Source: an uncultured Candidatus Entotheonella sp. (lineage in GTDB: Bacteria; Tectomicrobia; Entotheonellia; Entotheonellales; Entotheonellaceae). From it: a stretch of DNA of 64,000 bases. The notes under the pieces are model-generated. The model saw only the letters and a program-made list of their open reading frames with translations, was not told the origin of the DNA and searched no databases. The stretch covers positions 2,848,001 through 2,912,000 of the forward strand of contig OZ244252.1 in NCBI GenBank assembly GCA_965217185.1, given 5' to 3'. Shown piece by piece: positions 58,156 through 64,000 of the stretch. The translations under genes and the position numbers were made by a program. Within the stretch, counting starts at the first letter, position 1, and every line of letters begins with the position of its first letter.

Positions 58156-61100
58156 TCACGACGCCGGCGACGAGCCGACCGCCTCGGCGTCCGGCGTCGG
58201 TGCGAAGCGGTTCAGGTGCTGGGCGACCAGTTCTTTGGTCTCCGCCAGGCGCTGCATCTTGATGTCCTCGTAGCCGCGAATCGCCTCGGGGGCATTGGCG
58301 ATGACGACGGCGAGGGCGTGGTTGCCGGAGTCGATCTGGGACAGGAGGGAGTTAATCGTCTCGCGGTACCAGGTGATGAGCCGTCGTTCTTCGCGGCGCA
58401 TGGTGGCATAGCCGAACGGGTCGCACCAGCGGCCGCGCAGGCGTTTGAGCCGCCGCAGTTGCCGCATGGGCATGTCGAACCAGGGGCCCAGCTTCAGCTT
58501 GCGCTTGAGGCCCATGGAGCGCAGCAGCGGTGGGTGCAGGTGGTAGTAGGCGCGCTGCGGTGACGCGAACATGGTGCCGAGTTGGGCCTTCCACGCCTGC
58601 TTCAGGTGCAGCCGCGCCACCTCGTATTCGTCCTTGTAGGCCATAAGTTTGTAGAGGTGCCGGATGACGGCGTGGGTCAACTCAACGCTTCCGGCGCAGG
58701 CCGCCGCTTCCCGCGCGCTGACGGCCAGGACGAAGTCCACGTACGTCGTCGCGTAGGCGGCGTCCTGATAATCAATCAACTCGCCGACCCGCCGCGCCAG
58801 CAGGCGCCGTGCCTCCTCATCCAGATGCGCGCAGCGCTCCAATAGGCGCTCATAGGTATCGACATCGGCCGCCGTGCCTTCGCGTTGCAGGTAATCCAGC
58901 ATGTTCGCCCGCTCCGCAGCGGCGTCACGCGGCTGCTGGACCGCCAATTCGCCCACGGCTTGCGGCTCGCAGACATACAGGCGGCCATAGCGGAATGCTT
59001 GCTGATTCTGCTGCACCGCCACGCCGTTCAACGCGACAGCGGCCTCGATGCTTTCGGCCTTGAGGGGCACGGCGCCGACCTGATAGGCCATGCCGAGCAC
59101 GAACAGATTGGTCGCCATGTGGTCCCCGAACAGCCCCTCGGCGAGGGTGCCGGCGTCGGCGTAGAGGTTGCGGCCGGCGTCGCTGTGCTGGTCGATGGTG
59201 CGCCGGATGGACGCCTCGCTGGGAAACAGCAGCGCGTTGTTGCGGATCATCTCGCCGGTCGGGCTCGCCGTGGTGTTGACGACGGCGACCGTGCGCCCGG
59301 CGTGGGCGCGGTCGAGGTTGACCGGGTCAACGCCGCCGAGGGCATCCAGCACCAGGTACAGATCCGCAGTGCCCAGACCCACCTTGTTCGAGGCTACCGC
59401 GGCGTCCTCGCTGAGGATGACGTTCGACAGCACGGCGCCGCCCTTTTGGGCAAGGCCGGTCTGGTCCAGGTTGAGCAGCGACTTGCCTTCCATCAGCGCC
59501 GCGTAGCACAACAGGGCGTTCACCGTCACCACACCCGTGCCGCCGACGCCGGGAATGTAAATCGCATACCGCTCGCCGATGACGGCCTTGTGCGCCGGTT
59601 CCGGCAGGGTTTCCGCTTCGAGAACGGGCGCCTGTTTGGGTTTCAGGCCCGTGCCGGGATCGACTTCCACGGTCACGAAGGACGGGCAATCGCCGTCCAG
59701 GCAAGCGTAATCCTTGTTGCACGATGACTGGTGGATGCGCGTCTTGGGCCCCAACTCGGTCTCCACCGGGTGCAGCGACATGCAGTTGCTGACCTCGCCG
59801 CAATTGCCGCAACCCTCGCAGACTTCCTCATTGATCACCGCGAAGACGTTGGGCTCCGCCTGGATGCCGCGCTTGCGCTGGCGGCGTTTCTCGGCGGCGC
59901 ACTGCTGGTCGTTGATCAGCACCGTCACGCCCGGCGTGGCCTCCAACTCCTTGAGCGACTCGAAGAACGACTCGCGGCCGCGCAGCGTGGCGATGGGAGC
60001 CATGCGGGCGCCGCGCCAACGCCGCGGCTCTTCGGAGACCACGATGATCTTTCGCACTCCCTCCGCCGCCATGCTGTGGGTAAGTTCCGGGATGCCCATG
60101 CTGCCCTGCGCGTCCTGGCCGCCCGTCATGGCCACGGCGCCGTTGTAGAGGAGCTTGAACGTGATGTTGACCCCGGCTGCCACGCAGGCGCGCAGAGCCT
60201 GGCTGCCGGAGTGAAAATACGTGCCGTCGCCGATGTTCTGGAAGATGTGCTGGGTGTCGCTGAACGGCGCCGCGCCGACCCACGGCAGACCCTCGCCGCC
60301 CATCTGCGTCAGATAGCTGGTGTGGCGCATGTCCTGCTCGATCAGCCCGCCCATGCCGTGGCAGCCGATGCCGCCGCCGGTGATCTGGCCGTCGAGCATG
60401 CGGGTGGAACGGCTGTGCGGGCAGCCGGAGCAGTAATTCGGCTTGCGCGCCATGAAGGGGTCGTACTGGCGTCCGCGGATGGCCTCCAGCACCGCCAGGC
60501 GCGCGTCGATGCCCGGCGCTTCGCCCAAACGCCGCAGCCGCGGCCCGACGCGCTCGGCGATGATGTCGGCGTCCAGCTCGCCGTGCATGGGCAGGAAGGG
60601 CCGGCCCGTGTCGGTATATTTGCCCAGCAGCCACGGCGGCGACGTCATGCCGTACAGGCAGTCGCGGATCTGGCTTTCGAGGAAGTCGCGCTTTTCTTCG
60701 ACAACGACGATTTCTTCCAACCCGCGCGCAAAGCGCCGGATGCTTTCGGTCGCCAGGGGATAGATCATGCCCAGATTCAGAACGCGAATGCTCAGACGTT
60801 GCAACGTCTGAGCGTCCAGCCCCATGTCGAGCAGCGCCTGTTGCAAGTCGGCCTGGCTCTTGCCGGCGCTGATCAGCCCGACACGGGCGTCGCCCGCATA
60901 CGTTTCGGCCCCGTACAGGTCGTTGGCGGCTCCGTAAGCGCGCACCGCGGCGTGGCGGTCGACGAAGAGGTGGCGTTCGAGCTCGATGGTGCCGGGGGGC
61001 AGGAAGGTGGTGTCCTGGCGCTTGTGGAAGAGCTCGCCGTCGATGGTCACCTCCGGGATGACGATGTCGGGCGCGTCGGGATGCACGTCCACCACGCTGC

Positions 61101-61716
61101 CGCCGTCGCACAGGTTGGTGACCAGCTTCAGGGCAACCCAGCAGCCGCTGAAGCGCGACAGGGCGAAGGCGTGCAGGCCGTAGAGCAGAAATTCCTGAAT
61201 GGTGGCGGGGTAGAAGATGGGGATGCCGGCGGCGAGCAGGGCGTGATCGCTCTGGTGCGGCACCGTGGAGCTTTTGCAATTGTGGTCGTCGCCGGCCAGC
61301 ACGAGCGCCGCGCTGTTGGGTCCGGTGCCGCCCATATTGGCGTGCTTGAACACGTCGCCGCTGCGGTCGACGCCGGGGCCTTTGCCGTACCAGATGCCGT
61401 TGACGCCGTCGACCTGCGGGCCGGGGAACAGGTGCACGCTCTGACTACCCATCACCGCGGTGGCGGCCAATTCCTCGTTTACCGCCGGCTGGTGGACGAT
61501 GCGATGCTCGTGGAGCAGTCGGCCCACACGCGCCAGGGTCAGGTCGTACCCGGCCAGCGGCGAGCCCTCGTAGCCGGTGATGAAGGCGCCGGTTCGCAGC
61601 CCGGCCCTGGTATCGCGCCGCTGTTGATCAACGGCAAGCCGCACCAGGGCTTGAATTCCGGTCAGGTAAACGCTGCCTTCGAGCGCGGTGTATTTGTCGT
61701 CAAGTGTGACCGTCAT
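58156..61716 (-). CDS. Indolepyruvate ferredoxin oxidoreductase family protein (fused alpha/beta)
   Basis: GYEGSPL, WYGKGPGVDR, YCSGCPHS, GDGTYFHSG, CEGCGNC, GLAQKGG, LMAYKDEYEVARL. Confidence 0.93.
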   Translation of the reverse strand: MTVTLDDKYTALEGSVYLTGIQALVRLAVDQQRRDTRAGLRTGAFITGYEGSPLAGYDLTLARVGRLLHEHRIVHQPAVNEELAATAVMGSQSVHLFPGPQVDGVNGIWYGKGPGVDRSGDVFKHANMGGTGPNSAALVLAGDDHNCKSSTVPHQSDHALLAAGIPIFYPATIQEFLLYGLHAFALSRFSGCWVALKLVTNLCDGGSVVDVHPDAPDIVIPEVTIDGELFHKRQDTTFLPPGTIELERHLFVDRHAAVRAYGAANDLYGAETYAGDARVGLISAGKSQADLQQALLDMGLDAQTLQRLSIRVLNLGMIYPLATESIRRFARGLEEIVVVEEKRDFLESQIRDCLYGMTSPPWLLGKYTDTGRPFLPMHGELDADIIAERVGPRLRRLGEAPGIDARLAVLEAIRGRQYDPFMARKPNYCSGCPHSRSTRMLDGQITGGGIGCHGMGGLIEQDMRHTSYLTQMGGEGLPWVGAAPFSDTQHIFQNIGDGTYFHSGSQALRACVAAGVNITFKLLYNGAVAMTGGQDAQGSMGIPELTHSMAAEGVRKIIVVSEEPRRWRGARMAPIATLRGRESFFESLKELEATPGVTVLINDQQCAAEKRRQRKRGIQAEPNVFAVINEEVCEGCGNCGEVSNCMSLHPVETELGPKTRIHQSSCNKDYACLDGDCPSFVTVEVDPGTGLKPKQAPVLEAETLPEPAHKAVIGERYAIYIPGVGGTGVVTVNALLCYAALMEGKSLLNLDQTGLAQKGGAVLSNVILSEDAAVASNKVGLGTADLYLVLDALGGVDPVNLDRAHAGRTVAVVNTTASPTGEMIRNNALLFPSEASIRRTIDQHSDAGRNLYADAGTLAEGLFGDHMATNLFVLGMAYQVGAVPLKAESIEAAVALNGVAVQQNQQAFRYGRLYVCEPQAVGELAVQQPRDAAAERANMLDYLQREGTAADVDTYERLLERCAHLDEEARRLLARRVGELIDYQDAAYATTYVDFVLAVSAREAAACAGSVELTHAVIRHLYKLMAYKDEYEVARLHLKQAWKAQLGTMFASPQRAYYHLHPPLLRSMGLKRKLKLGPWFDMPMRQLRRLKRLRGRWCDPFGYATMRREERRLITWYRETINSLLSQIDSGNHALAVVIANAPEAIRGYEDIKMQRLAETKELVAQHLNRFAPTPDAEAVGSSPAS

Positions 61717-61897
61717 GAGTGATTCTCCCCAGCGTCAGCGGGTGCTGGCAATAGCCGTTTAAGTGCATTATTTTCCGAGAATTATACTTTTGGCAAGGGG
61801 GCAGGGTCAATGCGGTCTGTGGGCTTGAACGCGGGTAGAAAGTCGGTTACGTTGGCCCGGCGCAACCATTGATTTGCCCCGAACTGAGGACCCTATT

Positions 61898-62542
61898 ATG
61901 ACGCGCCGTGCTGCTATGTGCACCTGCAGTTGCCGTTTCAAAACGTCGGTAACCATCGCCGTTGCGGGATTCGTTCTCTTGTCGCTATCCCTGTCCGCCG
62001 TTATACCGCAGACGGCACCCCAAGCAGCCCTGTCAACGGGCAGGTTTCTCGTCGCCGGCAAACAACTCCGAGACCCCAATTTCGCACGGACCGTTGTTCT
62101 GCTCCTCAACTACGGCGAAAGCGGCGCGCGGGGTGTGATCATCAACCGGCCGACGGACGTGAAGCTGGCCACCATGTTTCCCGAAATCAGGGGCTTGCAG
62201 CGGCGCATGGACACCGTTTATCTCGGCGGGCCGGTACAACGCACCCGCCTGCTGATGCTCCTGAGGTCCGACAGACCGCGGGCCGGCGCCGAACACGTCG
62301 TCGATGACATCTACGTCAGCACCAGCCGCCGGGTGCTTTTCGACGCGCTTGGCAGGGCGGGCTCCGCGGCGTCCGTGCACATTTACGCCGGCTATGCGGG
62401 TTGGGCGCCGGGGCAGCTCGACCGTGAGGTGGCGCGCGGCGACTGGCACGTCCTGCCCGCCGACGCCGAGGCCGTGTTCAGCACGACGCCGGATGAGGTC
62501 TGGCGCGAGTTGATCGACAAGGGTGCCGTACAGTGGCTTTAG
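61898..62542 (+). CDS. YqgE/AlgH (DUF179) family protein with N-terminal hydrophobic leader
   Basis: DPNFARTVVLL, GVIINRP, GGPV, GYAGWAPGQL; start uncertain. Confidence 0.85.
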   Translation: MTRRAAMCTCSCRFKTSVTIAVAGFVLLSLSLSAVIPQTAPQAALSTGRFLVAGKQLRDPNFARTVVLLLNYGESGARGVIINRPTDVKLATMFPEIRGLQRRMDTVYLGGPVQRTRLLMLLRSDRPRAGAEHVVDDIYVSTSRRVLFDALGRAGSAASVHIYAGYAGWAPGQLDREVARGDWHVLPADAEAVFSTTPDEVWRELIDKGAVQWL

Positions 62543-62589
62543 CGGCTTGAGAATCCTTCCGAATCGGTTTGACATGGCCAGCTCATTCT

Positions 62590-62708
62590 CCCCCCACCCT
62601 AGCCCTCCCCCTCAAGGGGGGAGGGGATTACAGTTTCCCGGTTCCTTTTGTGGGGCAACGGTTTTTTTGCTCCCTCTCCCCTGGCGGGAGAGGGTTGGGG
62701 TGAGGGGG
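62590..62708. repeat. Inverted pair of CCCnCACCC/GGGAGAGGG-type palindromic repeats
   Basis: CCCCCACCCTAGCCCTCCCCCTCAAGGGGGGAGGGG ... CCCTCTCCCCTGGCGGGAGAGGGTTGGGGTGAGGGGG. Confidence 0.75.
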
Positions 62709-62747
62709 AAAACCCCGAAGTGAGACATCACTTGCATAAGGAACATC

Positions 62748-64000
62748 ATGACTCAGCCCCTGAGCTTTCAGGACATCATTCTGCGGCTGCTTGCTTACTG
62801 GAAGGACCAGGGATGCTTGGTGCAGCAGCCCTACAACGTGCAAGTGGGCGCCGGCACCATGAACCCCGCCACGGCTCTGCGCGTTCTCGGCCCGGAACCG
62901 TGGAACGTGGTGTACGTCGAGCCCAGCATCCGACCCGACGACGGCCGCTTCGGCGACAATCCGAATCGCTTGCAGATGCACCATCAATTGCAGGTCATCC
63001 TGCAGCCGGACCCCGGCGACCCGCAGGAGCGCTACCTCGCCAGCCTGCAGGCCATCGGCATCGACCTGCGGCAGCACGACGTGCGTTTCGTCGAAGACAA
63101 CTGGGAAAGCCCCGCCCTTGGCGCCTGGGGCCTGGGCTGGGAAGTGTGGCTCGACGGCCAGGAAATCACCCAATTCACCTATTTCCAGCAGGCCGGCGGC
63201 CTGACGCTCGACCCCGTGGCGGTGGAAATCACTTACGGCCTCGACCGCATCGCGCTGGCTCTGCAGGACGCCGACAGCGTCTGGCAAATGCACTACGGCG
63301 CCGGCATCCCCTACGAAGACATCCTCCTGCGTAGCGAAATCGAGCACTGTCATTATTACTTTGAAGTCGCCGACGTAGAAGCCCTCAAGGCCGTGTACGA
63401 CACCTACGAGCGCGAGGCCAAGCGCTGTCTGGAGGCGGACTTGGTAATGCCGGCGCACGACTACAACCTGAAGTGTTCGCACCTGTTCAACGTGCTGGAC
63501 ACGCGCGGCGCCATCGGCGTGACCGAGCGGGCGAACTATTTCCGGCGCATGCGCAACGTGGCACGGGACATTTCGACGTTATACGCGGCACAACGGGAGC
63601 AACTGGGCCATCCGCTCCTCAAGTCGTCCGCCGGGCTGGTGGCTGCCGCCGAGCCGCCGCCAGGCGAGGACACGGCGGTTGCGCCGGCGGACGAAGCGAG
63701 TCCGTTCGTGCTGGAGATCGGCAGCGAGGAGTTACCGCCGGCAGACCTGTCGTCGGCGATGCGGCAGTTGCAAGCCGCGGTCCCGGCCATGCTGGATCAG
63801 TTGCGGCTGGGGTATGAGAGCCTGACGGTGTATGGCACGCCGCGGCGTCTGGTAGTGATGGTATCAGGGTTGGCGCCGCGACAGACGGACCTGGAAACCG
63901 TTGTCAAAGGCCCCCCGGCCGACCGCGCCTTCGACGCCGACGGCCAGCCGACCGCCGCTGGCCTGGGGTTTGCGCGCGGCAAGGGCGTCGAGGTGGGCGA
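62748..64000 (+). CDS. glyQS: Glycine--tRNA ligase, fused alpha+beta chain (partial, runs off window)
   Basis: Manual translation: [11 protein letters not shown]...GAGTMNPAT...[18 protein letters not shown]...ITQFTYFQQ, continuing without a stop into beta-type [11 protein letters not shown]...GTPRRL...KGPP. Confidence 0.93.
   Translation, partial: MTQPLSFQDIILRLLAYWKDQGCLVQQPYNVQVGAGTMNPATALRVLGPEPWNVVYVEPSIRPDDGRFGDNPNRLQMHHQLQVILQPDPGDPQERYLASLQAIGIDLRQHDVRFVEDNWESPALGAWGLGWEVWLDGQEITQFTYFQQAGGLTLDPVAVEITYGLDRIALALQDADSVWQMHYGAGIPYEDILLRSEIEHCHYYFEVADVEALKAVYDTYEREAKRCLEADLVMPAHDYNLKCSHLFNVLDTRGAIGVTERANYFRRMRNVARDISTLYAAQREQLGHPLLKSSAGLVAAAEPPPGEDTAVAPADEASPFVLEIGSEELPPADLSSAMRQLQAAVPAMLDQLRLGYESLTVYGTPRRLVVMVSGLAPRQTDLETVVKGPPADRAFDADGQPTAAGLGFARGKGVEVG

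Overview
GC-rich bacterial chromosomal window with about 50 genes. The housekeeping backbone includes yicC-gmk-coaBC-UDG-PBP1A, rluB, selA-selB, murA, xth, rarA, metG and a fused glyQS that runs off the right edge and is absent from the ORF track. Metabolic genes include an LLM oxidoreductase, a TPP enzyme, pobA, gcvT-H-PA-PB, an SDR, a NIPSNAP protein, an Mca-like amidase and an IOR-family oxidoreductase. Accessory elements are: (i) an R-M islet with an HTH-fused DNA methyltransferase, whose apparently leaderless promoter carries two GACGTC palindromes, facing a doubly broken PD-(D/E)xK nuclease; (ii) an ABC-ATPase/TOPRIM-like gene next to a PaREP1/HEPN gene; (iii) a signal-less DUF1800-NHL-DUF1501 cassette; (iv) a 970-aa membrane-anchored heptad-repeat protein whose 3' end decays; (v) an orphan nuclease-like gene after metG; (vi) a complete 1,496-bp IS with TIRs and a 4-bp TSD splitting a MetE-like gene; and (vii) several REP-like palindromes. 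No rRNA, tRNA or CRISPR array was recognised. All family calls come from motif recognition by eye; no searches were run.
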